Below are positions 46,521-60,931 of a DNA stretch of 64,000 nt, in pieces (position 1 is the first letter of the stretch; the number at the start of each line of letters is the position of its first letter). The notes beneath the pieces are model-generated. The model had not been told where the DNA came from. It saw only the letters and a list, made by a program, of their open reading frames with translations, and ran no database searches. Position numbers and translations under genes: made by a program. The DNA is taken from assembly GCA_951406725.2 (NCBI GenBank), contig OX597826.1, positions 75,392,001 to 75,456,000 on the forward strand. Reading direction: 5' to 3'. The DNA comes from Octopus vulgaris. Taxonomy: Eukaryota.

Positions 46521-47075
46521 TGAGTGAGAGAGCAGTTCATGCCATCAAAGTGACACTGGGGTAAAATATACGAAGCCCAATATACCCATCATGACTACCC
46601 GTCTGATAAAGGTACACCAGGCACATGCATCACAACCATATGTGCGCGACATGGTGATCTCATATCAAGATAAACAGCACATGACCTTGCAGGTGGGGCC
46701 CAGTTAGAATTTTCTTCAGGTTGAGTAGCCCATCCCGCTCAAAAGGTCCCTGAATAAGGATTGTTTAAGGATGTTGAAAGAACCACCCATGTTTCCAGAG
46801 GTGAATTATTCAAACCCCAAAGAATCCCTCTCAACACATGGCTATGATGCTCCCCCACTACTTCTGCTCGTGATCAGAGATGCACATATCGTCAGCCACT
46901 AAGGGACATGCTCAACTGGTTAAGGTCAAACAACTGACAAGCAAATCTGTGGTATTGAGCAGAATATTTGCTGTAGCCCATCTTTGATACCAAGACAAAA
47001 CAATGTACATGATAACACTTCCAATCAATTAAGATCAGAAGCCATGAGAGCCACTGCCTGGTACTGCATCAGGGC

Positions 47076-47077
<2 letters not shown>
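46521..47077. mobile_element. Unclassified interspersed repeat embedded in (ATT)n
   Basis: Discrete, GC-richer 555-bp block flanked on both sides by ATT repeats. Confidence 0.5.
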
Positions 47078-47115
<38 letters not shown>

Positions 47116-47892
47116 AGCAGTGAGCTGGATGAAATGCTCGTCGGTATATTATGAGTTCAAATTCTGCCGTGGTCGACTTTGCCTTTCATCCTTTCGGGAT
47201 CGATTAATTAAATGCCAGTGAAATACTGGGGTTGATCTAATCGACTCATCTCCTCTCCCCAAATGGCTGCCAATGTGATAAAATTTTAAACGAAATGCCT
47301 TAAATATAGGCGAGTGTGTGAAGGAATACATATTACATTTGTCAGACAGGGTAGTCCTTAGGGGGACAGCAACGCTACATAATTAAAGAAAGCATGCGTA
47401 ATTTAAGTGTAAGCAAATTAGATTACGAATATAAAACATCTGTTTGATTATAATTATGTAGATTCCAATTTCGTTTGATGTCATATGTGCAATCTGTTTT
47501 TCAATTGCAACGTTTAATGGTTTAACACCAAACATATGTTGTAGATTTTATAAATAAATTATAATTTACTTATGAATTATATGACTATTCATTAACTTAA
47601 TTCTGACTGCATATGTAATGGATAAATGCATATTTGTATAATAGTTAATGTTTTCAAAAGTGAATTAAAGAGTAATTTATTTAACAGTTGTGCCGGATCT
47701 GTTTGGTGTTGCACATCAAACACAAAGCGTAGGATGGGTTTGATGCAACTCGATTGTTTGAACAAAGAGCAGCGAATTGCAGGAGTCATTCGAGGGTCGC
47801 ATAGAAAGCCTTTCGATATGGTCTATCTCACTGCATTCAAGTTCGAATCTCATCGAAACTACCTGAGCAAATTCGAAGGACAAATTTCGAAA

Positions 47893-48287
47893 TCTTTATA
47901 TATAAAAGTGAAGTTGTGTGTCTGTCTCCTACGATTTAAATTCCTAACTACTCCCACATTTTGCGGTGCAGTTTAACCAAAACCGGGTATCTTATAGTCG
48001 TGATTCATATCGAGCCTTTCTGGGTATTAGCGCGCGTCTACGATGAGTCTACGATTTAAAAATAAATTACCATCATTTTTTTCCATTTTAATGCATTTTT
48101 TCGCTATTATATAAGGGAAGTAAGTCTCTAAAAATGTCTACGATAAGTCAACGATTTAAAAAAAAATTTACCATCATTTTTTTCCATTTTAATGCATATT
48201 TTTGCTACTTTTTGGCTATAACTCTCTAAAAATGCTTATATAGTTATTTCCCTTACAAACCCGAGCAACGCCGGGCGATACTGCTAG
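47893..48287 (+). mobile_element. Non-autonomous Helitron
   Basis: A|TC...hairpin-CTAG|T; same family as 14735. Confidence 0.85.
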
Positions 48288-48989
48288 TTTGAAGTATAAA
48301 AAAAAGAAATTCGGATTATAATGTAAAAATGTTTTTAAAATTTTGGCACAAGGCCAGCAATTTTGGGAAAGTGGATTTACAGTGACCTCAGAATTCAACT
48401 GGTACCAATTTTTAGCGACTCCTAAAGGATTAGGGTCAAAGTCGATCACGGCGGAATTTGAACTCATAACGTAAAGACGGACGAAATGCTACTAAGCGTT
48501 TTGTTCGGAGTGCTAACGATTTTGTCAGCTCGCCTCCTGGGGTTATGATGATATAATAATGGTGTTTAAAACATTTGTTCGAGGACTAATGTTTATTCTG
48601 ATTTTTGGTATGGAGAGTTATTTGTTACTAGGTCTAGCAGACCCATCTTGTACAGATGCACGAGAAACGAGTGACTTAACATAAGAGTGGAGGGAAATTA
48701 ACAAAGGACACAATCCATTTTAAAACAATAGTTGAGCGAACACCAGTATGTTAGTTGCCGTCCCTCTGCGTTGAGCAACTTGAGTGAAAATATACAAGAA
48801 TGAAATCAGACCCGAGGTTTACCTATTCTTACGAGGCGTGAAACACAACCTGGTCGTTATCCACCAACTGCATACAAGAAATCTATTAAGGAGGCGATTG
48901 TGGTTGTCATGGAACATTTTTTATTGAAGTAGCTCAGTGAACCAAGATGGAATTGCAGTGAGAGGATACAGAATGACTTTTATCATAAA

Positions 48990-49390
48990 CTAGCAGTATC
49001 GCCCGGCGTTGCTCGGGTTTGTAAGGGAAATAACTATATAAGCATTTTGAGAGAGTTATAGCCAAAAAATAGCAAAAAAATGCATTAAAAATGGAAAAAA
49101 AATGATGGTAAATTTTTTAAAAAATCGTGGACTCATCGTAGACATTTTTAGAGAGTTACTTCCCTTTTTTTAATAGCGAAAAAAATGCATTAAAATGGAA
49201 AAAAAATGATGGTAAATTTTTTTAAAAATCGTAGACTCATCGTAGACGCGCGCTAATACCCAGAAGGGCTCGATATGAATCACGACTATAAGATACCCGG
49301 TTTTGGTTAAACTGCACCGCAAAATGTGGGAGTAGTTAGGAATCTAAATCGTAGGAGACAGACACACAACTTGACTTTTATATATAAAGA
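48990..49390 (-). mobile_element. Non-autonomous Helitron, inverted relative to the 47893 copy
   Basis: Reverse complement of the 47893 copy. Confidence 0.85.
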
Positions 49391-50336
49391 TGAAGAGAAA
49401 CAAGCTGATTTGATGTCTCGGGGTGGGGGAGGCTATAAGATAGAGGAGTAGAGAGATCAGGGGTAAACGTCAACTGGTTGTAATGGTGTCAGCTGAAAAA
49501 AATATAAAAATATTGAAAGTTTATGTTCATTGGGAATAAATCAAATCTTATTTAATTTATTATCGCTGGATTGAAATAGAGTGAAGTATAACGTATTTAG
49601 ATAAAATAAAATAAAATAAGATAAGATAAAGTGGAGTAAATAAATAGGCTGAATAAATAAAGCAGATAAAGTAAGTATATAAATTTAATTGAACTAGAGT
49701 TAAATTCTGACTATTATAAGTGAAGGCTGGAAATGTAATAAGTGGTCGCTAAAGGAATTGTTACATATGTTGAGTTAAGCGAAAAGGATAAAGTAAAAGA
49801 AAATAAGGTAAGGCGAATATATTAATTGAAGTAAGCTTATGTCATGTCACATCTATGTTTCAGTGAAAGTAACGTGTAAGAGGGGAGACACACACATACA
49901 CACACGGATACTTTATACATACATTCATAAATAGATACTTGATGACTGCCCCCTCGTTATCGAGTATGGCCATTGCACGAAGCTTAACTGTTACTGGTGC
50001 TGTGATCGAATGTGACGTTTTAGCCCAGCTAAAGATCTACAATATCTTGTACAGAATTGGCAGCTAAAACCTTTACCGGCAATAGCCGGCTGTAGTTGTA
50101 ACTGGGCTTCATGTACCTTTGCATGTAGTTCAAGTCCTCCTGCCGAATTACACTCTCTTCCACATGCCTGTCAGGCATGTGGAAATACATCCATCCATCC
50201 ATCCATCCATCCATCCATCCATCCATCCATCCATACATACATACATACATACATACATACATACATACATACATACATACATACATACAAAGGAATATGG
50301 TAGATTGAAATGCGTAGAGGAAGGGAGGTTCAACGG

Positions 50337-50760
50337 TCAGGTATGAAGAAGAATTGTCGTCTTAAATTTGTGTTCAAATCTAAAGATCTTCAAGAATCTA
50401 CGAGCACACGAGGAGAACGCTTCATGTTTGTTTAATAATTGTTTTGGGTTATGTAACAGTATTTGTACAGATTCTTTCAAGCATAACCAACATGGAGCAT
50501 TTTGGCTCCGGTATGGTGGACCCGAGTCAATAATGGACCAAGCAATATATAGTGTGGTATATATTTTTCTTAAGGTAATAATCAAAAGTAATGAGAAGTA
50601 GATTTACTGTGTTTTTCATATTTAAAAGAATCTAAATGTACTGCGTATCGTTGCTCAAAATTAACAGCACTTGCAGTATAAACCTTGGTCGGGTTTTGCT
50701 GTCCATCTAGGACCGAGCGTTACATGTTCCGCCATAGGTTTGTAATAGACAGTTATCCAG
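50337..50760 (-). mobile_element. Penelope GIY-YIG endonuclease remnant
   Basis: VYTASAVNFEQRYAVHLDSFK...WSIIDSGPPY...CWLCLKESVQIL...LLNKHEAFSSC. Confidence 0.75.
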
Positions 50761-50983
50761 TATTTTGAAGTTACAATTCGAGCTATTTAGTTCAGGATTC
50801 TTTCTATTTCTGTTGGTGTGACTAGAAAACCTATGATAAGTTAAGTTAGGTCCGTTTGAATCGTTACCCTTCATAAATACTATTTTTTCTATTCTGTTGT
50901 GTCTGTTGTGTCATTTTCTTTTGTACCTTGTAAAGCAACACACTCACCGCTAAAATTTCCACTTTTTTCTTATTCTTATTTTC

Positions 50984-51020
50984 CTAAAATTTTCGTTGCG
51001 TCTTGCAACCTTTTCAATAG
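50984..51020 (-). ncRNA. Minimal hammerhead-like motif with U3/A8 core
   Basis: cua UUGAAAA g guugc-aagac-gcaac GAAA AUUU uag; adjacent to a Penelope endonuclease remnant. Confidence 0.5.
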
Positions 51021-51350
51021 TCTTGACTCTTAAAAATAAGAAAAAAAAGTGGAAATTTTACCGGTGAATGTGTTACATTATAAGGCACAAAAAGAAAATG
51101 ACTCTCCCCAGACACAGCAGAATATGCTTCAACACACGAACCCACATAAAGAATCTTGCAAACGAAATCCAAACACGAAATATTTTTTCTATATTATCCG
51201 TGTCATTATTATAAGTATTGGTGATAGAAAACGTAGGGGTTCCTTTCCCTTGAGAGATGGTTAAATCTGCACGGTTGCCGTGGTTGGGTGATGTAATCAC
51301 TACCGTCGTAACTAGTACTACTGTTATTATGTTATTATTATTATTATTGT

Positions 51351-51482
<132 letters not shown>

Positions 51483-51791
51483 AACATTAGGAATATTCCC
51501 CTTCTTCAGTTGTCCCTGTTTCATCTACTCCGCGTTTCGAAGTCATATATATATTACCTGTGCTCTAATGTGTGTATAAATGTACAGTCACGACCTCACG
51601 TTCCAACCAGGCTCGGATCTACATCAGAAAAACGATGCTACCGATATCCTTCTCAAATAGGACTCCTTAATAGTCCACTTTCTTCGTCACCCACATACAC
51701 CTTATACCTTTCCAGTTCTATATTTAAAAGATGTACATTATTTACATTATTTACATTTGACGGATATTTGTCCCCATCTTGTTTGTTGTTA

Positions 51792-51835
51792 ACACAACGT
51801 TTCGGCTGATACACACTCCAGCCTTCATCAGGTGT
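51792..51835 (-). ncRNA. Minimal (Penelope-type) hammerhead ribozyme
   Basis: acac CUGAUGA a ggcug-gaguguguau-cagcc GAAA CG UU gugu; loop-less palindromic stem III. Confidence 0.75.
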
Positions 51836-51852
51836 CTTGGAGAAATTTCGAA

Positions 51853-51927
<75 letters not shown>

Positions 51928-51941
51928 TAATAATAATAATG

Positions 51942-52043
<102 letters not shown>

Positions 52044-52105
52044 GTAATAATAATAATAATAATACTACCTTAGGAATGAAGACCCAGGCTCGAAATTTAC
52101 TCAAG

Positions 52106-52149
52106 ACACCTGATGAAGGCTGGAGGGTATATTGGCCGAAATGTTGTGT
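52106..52149 (+). ncRNA. Minimal hammerhead, inverted second copy with one stem III substitution
   Basis: acac CUGAUGA a ggcug...uggcc GAAA UG UU gugu. Confidence 0.65.
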
Positions 52150-52644
52150 TAACAACAAACAAGATGAGGACAAATATCCGTCAACTGTAAATAACTTTAT
52201 ACTTTGTCTAGGTCTTTAAGTTTCGGTGGAAATTATTGCATCTTTAAATTATGTTGCCCAGAGTCAATCGTTAAACGATGTCAAAAGGCTACGTCTTTAC
52301 TGAATCGATTCCTCTATCTATATGCGTATCTGTATGTTTGTGCGTCTGTGCTTGTTCCCCCACCATCGATTCTCTGGTGTAATCTTTGCTTGAAGACATA
52401 AATTTTACAAGACCTTTGCTTATTATACTCTCTCTTAATATACTCTTTTACTTGTTTCAGTCATTTGACTGCGGCCATGCAGGAGCACCGCCTTTAGTCG
52501 AGCAAATCGACCCCGGGACTTATTCTTTGTAAGCCCAGTACTTATTCTATCGGTCTCTTTTGCCGAACCGCTAAGTTACGGGGACGTAAACACACCTAGC
52601 ATCGGCTGTCAAGCAATGCTAGGGGGACAAACACAGACACACAA

Positions 52645-52713
<69 letters not shown>

Positions 52714-54549
52714 TACGACAGGCTTCTTTCAGTTTCCGTCTACCAAATCCACTCACAAGGCATTGGTCGGCCCGGGGCTATAGCAGAAGACACTTGCCCA
52801 AGAAGCCACGCAGTGGGACTGAACCCGGAACCATGTGGCTGGTTAGCAAGCTACTTACCACACAGCCACTCTTGCGCCCATGTAAAATTATAAATTCTCA
52901 TCGTCTTGGCTACAATTCTCTTTCACTCATTGTATCTTCATCTCTTACTAACCCCCACTCCCTTTCCACCACGCTACTTTGTACCTCACCCTTAATGGTT
53001 ATTAACTGCTTTAATTTGTCTATAAATTAATTCATTGACCTTGTCTTTGAACTTCTTTTGAACTGACAACAATATTTCTTCGGCCAGCTATCAACTTTAT
53101 CATATTTATCTCTGGTTTTTGTCAAGTAATATCTTCACGTCGTGTCTCCCCTTAACCGTTCCTTCTATTCCACTGTTTTCACCGCATCATTCCACCCCAC
53201 CACTTCTTCACTACCCCCCACTTTTTTCTCTGTAAACCGTCAAATTTTTAAACACAGCTCCATATAAATATACGTCTGAAGCCTGTCCGTGTTTATCTAC
53301 CTTTCTATCTTTATAACAGCTCGATCAGGATTGAACCAACAGTTAGCGTTCAATGAAGAGGCGCTGGCCTCGGATGAAGAGGCTGGAGTATATATTGATA
53401 AAAACTACTTAAAAAACATGGCAGGAATATTGAATTTATTTCGCCGTTTCTCAAGCTGAAGATGCCAATTTAGCAGTTTTGCAACTCCGTACGAGGTAAG
53501 TGAAGATTAACTTAGTGCATGCGATTTGAAAAAGACAGGGTGCGATCAAAGGAAGATAATCCACTGGACAGCAAAGAGGGCCAGGCTCTTGCAAGGACCA
53601 ATTATTTCGTAGACCAAAACGGGAAGTGTAAAGAAAAAAAAAACAGTAGGCGCAGGAGTGGCTGTGTGGTAAGTAGCTTGCTAACCAACCACATGGTTCC
53701 GGGTTCAGTCCCACTGCGTGGCATCTTGGGCAAGTGTCTTCTGCTATAGCCCCGGGCCGACCAATGCCTTGTGAGTGGATTTGGTAGACGGAAACTGAAA
53801 GAAGCCTGTCATATATATGTATGTATATATATATGTATGTGTGTGTGTCAATGTTTGTCCCCCTAGCATTGCTTGACAACCGATGCTGATGTGTTTACGT
53901 CCCTGTCACTTAGCGGTTCAGCAAAAGAGACCGATAGAATAAATACTGGGCTTACAAAGAATAAGTCCCGGGGTCGATTTACTCGACTAAAGGCGGTGCT
54001 CCAGCATGGCCGCAGTCAAATGACTGAAACAAGTAAAAGAGTAAAGAGTAAAGAGAGTAAAAAGTGAGAACGTTATTGGAATTGCTAAGAAATATATTTT
54101 AGCGATAGAGGCGGCATTAAACCGCGAAGAAATATTTATTCCCACTGAAACGTGGTTATTGGAATGATGGAAGACGGGATAGAGAAGAGGTATCGGTATT
54201 TAGGTATTTGAGCCTTCAAGTGATGTATAAAGAGTTGTTTGTCCTCTCTGTGTTTAGCCCCTTGTGGGTAGTAAAGAAATAGGTATTTCGTCTGCCGCTA
54301 CGTTCTGAGTTCAAATTCCGCCGAGGTCGACTTTGCCTTTCATCCTTTCAGTGTCGATAAATTAAGTTCCAGTTGAGAACAGGGGTCGATCTAGTCGACT
54401 GGCCTCCTCCCACAAAATTTCGGGCCTTGTGCCTAGAGTAGAAAAGATTATGTATGTATACGTGCAGAATGTAAGTTTTGCTTTATGCATGTATTCTCAT
54501 GCATATTGTTGCATGTCAAGGCATGCTCATACTTATCTAAATTATATAC

Positions 54550-54790
54550 TTCTGGAAAGTTTCACAGATTTTTACGGTTCTAGTGATGGATTGGATCTGT
54601 AGACTTCGAATTATCATTCTCCTTTCTGGTTTAGGCAGTGTATTACATATCCCAGGACCCCAATAATTACAAGTATAAACATGAACTTGTAATCTGGACA
54701 GAATAACTGCAGATTTCTCAGTAGTTCAGCATAGGTGTTCTCTTTTTCACTGATCTTCAGCTTTAAGTTAACACCCGCTGGGCAGCTAAA
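54550..54790 (-). mobile_element. RLE-type non-LTR retrotransposon C-terminal fragment
   Basis: KISEKENTYAELLRNLQLFCPDYKFMFILVIIGVLG...LQIQSITRTVKIC. Confidence 0.6.
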
Positions 54791-55036
54791 TATTTAACCA
54801 CAGTCCTCCATACACTACAAACATGCCAAAGACCACTATGGAGGCAGTTTGGGTCAACTTGACATCCGTATCTTATCCAAGTACCCAAAAGACCCAACAC
54901 TCAGACAAATACGGGAGTACGTCCTTATAAATGAAACTTCCCCAACACTAAATAAGAAATATACATAGTAGATATCATACCTCCACACAGGTAGAGTAGA
55001 ATAGTTAGTGGGCTGTTATGTAGATAGATGTATGTA

Positions 55037-55074
<38 letters not shown>

Positions 55075-55630
55075 CACATGTATGTAAGCATATGGACATG
55101 AATATAAACAGATCAACATACAGACGGATAGGTACATAGGTTATAGGAACAGACAAGCACACATACGCAAATGGAGACCGAAACACATGACCATATACAC
55201 AGACACACTCTACTCCACACAAGGACACACATCGAGATACGAGTCCACACATATAGAGCTGCATCCATCCATACATACAAACATGGTACATAGTTGCAAC
55301 ACACACACAGACATGCACACACAAGGAGACGTAGGTGCTTACATATACAAACACACGCTCACACACACAAATACACAAACACGGACATGCAAGCCCATGA
55401 ATATGCCGGATACATACATACAGATGCACACACATACATACATATGCATACACACACATATATACATACATACATACATACATACATACATACATACATA
55501 CATACATACATACACACATACATACGTACATGCATGCATGCATAACCACAGACACACACATACTGACTCACACACATGCGCACAAACAAACAAAAAGGAA
55601 CGAAGTGTAAATAAACGGACAGAGTCAAGA

Positions 55631-55667
55631 TTATTGAAAAGATTGCAAGACGCAACGAAAATTTTAG
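55631..55667 (+). ncRNA. Second copy of the U3/A8 hammerhead-like motif
   Basis: uua UUGAAAA g auugc-aagac-gcaac GAAA AUUU uag, in the same repeat family as 50890-51120. Confidence 0.45.
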
Positions 55668-55754
55668 GAAAATAAAAATAAGAAATGAGTGGAAATTTTA
55701 CCGGTGAGTGTGTTATAAGGCACAAAAAGAAAATGACTCTCCCCAGACACAGCA

Positions 55755-55793
<39 letters not shown>

Positions 55794-55795
55794 CA

Positions 55796-56317
55796 CACAG
55801 AAGATTATTCAAAAATAATGAACCGATTTCATTACGCAATATTTTAATTAGGAAAAGCAATAGAAAACTCCAGCTAAGTCACAAGTATTTACTCCCAATC
55901 AACTTTTATTTCCTGTCTTACAAGTGATCAATGTGGCCACCGCCTGCAGCATGGGTAACATCAGTGCGATGAGAGAATTCCTCCCAGACGCGTATCAGGA
56001 TATCGAAAGCAAGGTCATTATGGAAGTAAAGAATAAATTTGCTTTGCTTGAGGCGATTCCAGAAGGTATTGACATAGAAGGGAAATGGAGGAACTTCGAT
56101 AAAGTATTCAACCAGACAGCCAGGGAAGTACTCTGTAGATCGTGATATGCTGATACGCGTCTGGGAGGAATTCTCTTATCGCATTGATGTTGCCCGTGCT
56201 GCAGGAAATAAAAGTTGATTGGGAGTAAATACTTGTGACTTAGCTGGAGTATTCTGTTGCTTTTCCTTATTAAAATATTGCGAAATGAAATCGCCTAATT
56301 CTTTTTTAACTACTCTG
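55796..56317. mobile_element. Palindromic Tc1/mariner derivative: two inverted transposase 3' ends around a LINE-like spacer
   Basis: Both arms encode D(M/I)LIRVWEEFS(Y/H)R.DV..AAG(GGHIDHL*) pointing outward; TA-rich flanks. Confidence 0.75.
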
Positions 56318-56357
<40 letters not shown>

Positions 56358-57251
56358 AGTGATTAGGTTGTAAAGGTGGAAGAAATACATTGACAATGTA
56401 ACAATTATCAACGTACTCTAATAATACGCTGACAGTTAACTATCATAAGATAAATGTAAAGTGAATACATCCATTTAGATTTAATTGCTATAATTAGACC
56501 GAAAGCATTATAAACATTTTCTGATTACGATGGCTAATTTAAGGAAAAGGCAGAAAATGCGCGGTTATTAACAATGTCCACATTTTAAAGTCATTCTTTG
56601 TGTATACAGTTATTTGTAAACATAAACATTTACATAGGTTCTTATTTTATAAATACTTCAATCTCCGATAATTTGTTTTTAACAATGTCAGTTTTAACAA
56701 TGTTAGTATATGACCTATTTCAGATTGAAGGGTTTATTAAGTATCACATGATATTTTCATGAATGCGTATAACTGAATAACGTTTGTGCAGAGTGGATGA
56801 ATACAAGAAAACTGCTATCTGCAACATGGAGGATACACCGAGCCATTTGGAGGGTTTAACGGAGGAACCACCTCATGAATTTGAAGGTTTGGGTATTATA
56901 TTTTTTTTTTCATTTCATTTACTTTAATCTTATGTTTGAATGAGTTTACATATTTTATGTCGCTTTTTTTGTAAGCTGTTATATAATACCACTTGTGTGA
57001 CCGATTTATTGAAATATCTAAAGTAACAGTATTATTAACTGAGAAGACAAGTTTTATAGTAATATTCTACAGTTCTATAAAGGCGGTGAGCTGGCAGAAA
57101 CGTTAGCAAGCCGGGCGAAATGCTTAGCGGTATTTCGTCTGCCCTTACGTTCTGAGTTCAAATTCCGCCGAGGTCGACTTTGTCTTTCATCCTTTCAGGG
57201 TCGATAAATTAAAGACCAGTTACGCACTGGGTTCGATACAATCGACTTAAT

Positions 57252-57351
57252 NNNNNNNNNNNNNNNNNNNNNNNNNNNNNNNNNNNNNNNNNNNNNNNNN
57301 NNNNNNNNNNNNNNNNNNNNNNNNNNNNNNNNNNNNNNNNNNNNNNNNNNN
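57252..57351. other. Assembly gap (100 N)
   Basis: Run of n; the left side ends inside a SINE. Confidence 1.
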
Positions 57352-58620
57352 GTTTCGAGCGGTGCTCTTCGTCGGAAACATAGGAGAAGGAAAGATCCAG
57401 AGAAGGGAAGACAGAGGAAAAAAGTCGCCAACGGTACACACGCGGTCACATACGCATATATATATATTTGCATATATACATACATACATACATACATACA
57501 TATGTGCATCAATTTTGCAGTCTGAGTGACATCAGGCACATGCATACATAATGTGGTGTCCCCAATAAAGCAGACACATACCCACATGACTGCTTGAACT
57601 TAGTATTTTCGGCAGGACACCGCCACTTTATATATGCATATACCTGATGTGACCCAGGCTGTAAAACGGATGCAACACAACGTGATGCGCAACATCCCAC
57701 CTATAAAGGAGGACAGTTGGCGGATGAGGCGAAACGATCATCGTACTGAATAAAGACTAATACCAAATCCATCTTCCGTTTCCTTATTCGATTATTCTCC
57801 ATCGGAAATATACTCCTCACTGCGGATGACACCAGGCAGCTCAAACCGTGCTAGTGCGTTGCTGAACACATCAATACACTAATTGACATATGCCAATATA
57901 TGCATATTGATGTAATGATTGCATTGTTCAACTAAATGGAGTTGCATGAAACGATCGTACTGCATTATCTCTAGATACACTTGTTGCTTATTTTGATTTT
58001 AACCACCTTACTTTGAAATTGTATGGATAATACCGTACTAAATTCTGGTGCCTCAACTTAAGTACCGTATTCATCTGAATCATAAATTACCATCTATAGT
58101 AATTATACTAGTTAACAGCACGATTGTGATAATTAATGATATTTTTGCAAATAATGCTAAAATAATTTTAGTAATAATAACAATAATAAAATTAATTGAG
58201 GGTATAAACCCTAGCATAAATGAATTACCTCTGAATATATAATGTATTCCTTACAGTAAAATATAAACGAAACTGTTACAATTGATTGTAATATGAATGG
58301 ACATTTAATCGGCCACGATTCAACTGTAATACGAGTAGAGGTGATTATAAGAGCAGAATTCAATTTTAAAAAATGACGCTATCTCCTTCAACTGAATACC
58401 AACGCAGGAAGCTTGTTTGAATTAGCTCACTTCGAAAACGTTGCAAGTGATGGATCCTTGATGTAATTGCAGCGACTAGGATGCAGAATTGCATATGGAG
58501 CAATGTGCAGTTGCTGCAGTAGAAACATATGTTGGTCATTGTTATATATGCTGTAGAAACTTTATAATAGAAAAGTTTTGAATGTGAGTAAGTCTCCACT
58601 CTCCTCTTGGTTTTCAAATT

Positions 58621-58712
<92 letters not shown>

Positions 58713-58802
58713 TAAAGGGTGAAATATAATTAATTTAATTAAATAAATAAATTTCACCTAGTTGTAATTTCGGTATGGAAAGGAAAATATTCGGTACAAA
58801 TT

Positions 58803-59118
58803 TATATAATTATAATAAAGGGTTTTGTGCAACAAGTTGCTTAAACCACACACCGAAAATATTAGAAATAGCAGTCAAAGGGCTACTATTACAATTACTA
58901 CAAAAATAAGTCTTCGCAAACAACAGCCCTTGTAACTCATATATGGTAAAAAAAGGAAGGAAAACAACGAACCACACAGTCTACTGGATCAAGGGCTGTT
59001 TGTGGAGACTTATTTTTGTAGTAATTGTAATAGTAGCCCTTTGACTGCTATTTCTAATATTTTCGGTATGTGGTTTAAGCAACTTGTTGCACAAAAACCC
59101 TTTATTATAATTATATAT
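58803..59118. repeat. Inverted repeat, ~128-bp arms
   Basis: ataataaagggttttgtgcaacaagttgc...cagcccttg is mirrored at 58990-59118. Confidence 0.9.
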
Positions 59119-59202
59119 ATATATATTCCCGGTCTGGGAATCGAAACTGCGATCCTACGGCCGCGAGTCCGCTGCCCTAACCACTGGGCCATTGCGCCTA
59201 CA

Positions 59203-59257
<55 letters not shown>

Positions 59258-59278
59258 ACCCACCTATGTGTGTGTGTG

Positions 59279-59444
59279 TATATAGACGATAAGAAAATTG
59301 AGGAAAAATAACAATAAGAATTGTGCCTTTTGCCCTAGGAAGCCATTATTTAATCACCTTTCTTAACTAATTAAATAATGGGATACTAGCTCAAAAGACG
59401 CACTTCTTATTGTTATTTCCCTCCATTTTCTTATCGTCTATATA
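59279..59444. repeat. Imperfect hairpin, ~75-bp arms
   Basis: tatagacgataagaaaat...attatttaat / attaaataat...attttcttatcgtctata. Confidence 0.8.
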
Positions 59445-59554
59445 GATTAAACTACGGTTTACCCGTTAAATTACCTGCTGCCGTATAACTTATACCAGGA
59501 GTGCCTTTGGATACATTTATCCCTTAGAGAGTTTAAACACCTCTAACTTAAACC

Positions 59555-59624
<70 letters not shown>

Positions 59625-59921
59625 TCACTCTGATCACCCTGACCAACCAGGCTATCAGATGTTGCTACACATCGCTGGTCACAATGCGCTTCGCATTTAT
59701 TTTAGCCCTCAAATGACGCTAAGCGAGCAAGCCAACAGAAGAAAGAGCGAGAGAAAGTTGTGGCGAAAGAGTACAGCAGAGTCCGCCACCACCCCTTGTC
59801 GGAGCCTCGTAGAGCTTTAGGTGTTTTCGCTCAATAAACACTCACAACACCCGGTCTGGGAATCGAAACCGCGATCCTACGGCTGCCAGTCCGCTGCCCT
59901 AACCACTGGGCCGTTGCGCCT

Positions 59922-59976
<55 letters not shown>

Positions 59977-60931
59977 CGCATATATAAATACATATACATA
60001 TATATCTATGTATATATATACATCTAAATGATATATGTATATATGTATATATATACATATATACATAAAAATATATATACATTTATATATACATATATAT
60101 ATACATATACATACATATATATATAAATATATATATATATATACATATATATACATATATATACATATACATGCATATATGCATATATATATACATATAC
60201 ACACACATGTATATATATATATGTGTGTGTGTGTTTATATTTTCATAGTCTTTACATAATTCTCTTATCCTTTTATTCTTTATATGTTTCGCAATATTTT
60301 TGTCTCCCCACGCTTTCCCTCCGTGCCCACGCACGCAAGCACATCTACCAAACATGAAAGGCGCCCAACATATTCGCATGAGCGCGCTAATATAAGCGCG
60401 TATAGTTTTAACACTAAGTAATGATCCACTAACCTGGTGATAACTTGAGTTTCCCCTGACCAAAAGTATCATTTCCCCCCTCCCTTATCCCACTCACCAC
60501 CCCCACCATATTCTGTGTAAACTCAAATTAAGCACATTACACGAGTTTTATAGTGTAAACCAATAAATAGGTTACGGATTAATTGGTTTAAACTTTAAAA
60601 CTCGTGTATTGAGGTTGGTTTGAATTTACATTTGACTTTCAACAGCTTTAAATTGTCCACTTCCCGTTCAACTTAACATCTATCAGTATGTATATCCTAG
60701 CTAATAAGAGCATTCTCGATTTCTAAACCAGAACCTGACTACTACTAATATTCCTTTGTAGTCCTACATAATTCCTCTACTATACTTAATAGTAATAATT
60801 TCCAAATATTACTGTCTTAGCTTGATCATGTGTATAAAAAACCCAAACCAAATTTCAACACAAGAGTTGAAGAATACGTTATGAATTTGTGTTGCAAAAT
60901 TTCTGATGTGAAACCGTGTGTTGAAACAGAT

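Noticed and set aside
57600-58560. Missing SLC22 exons of paralog C
   Set aside because: Splice-like signals exist, but no frame resembles SLC22 transmembrane segments or motifs.
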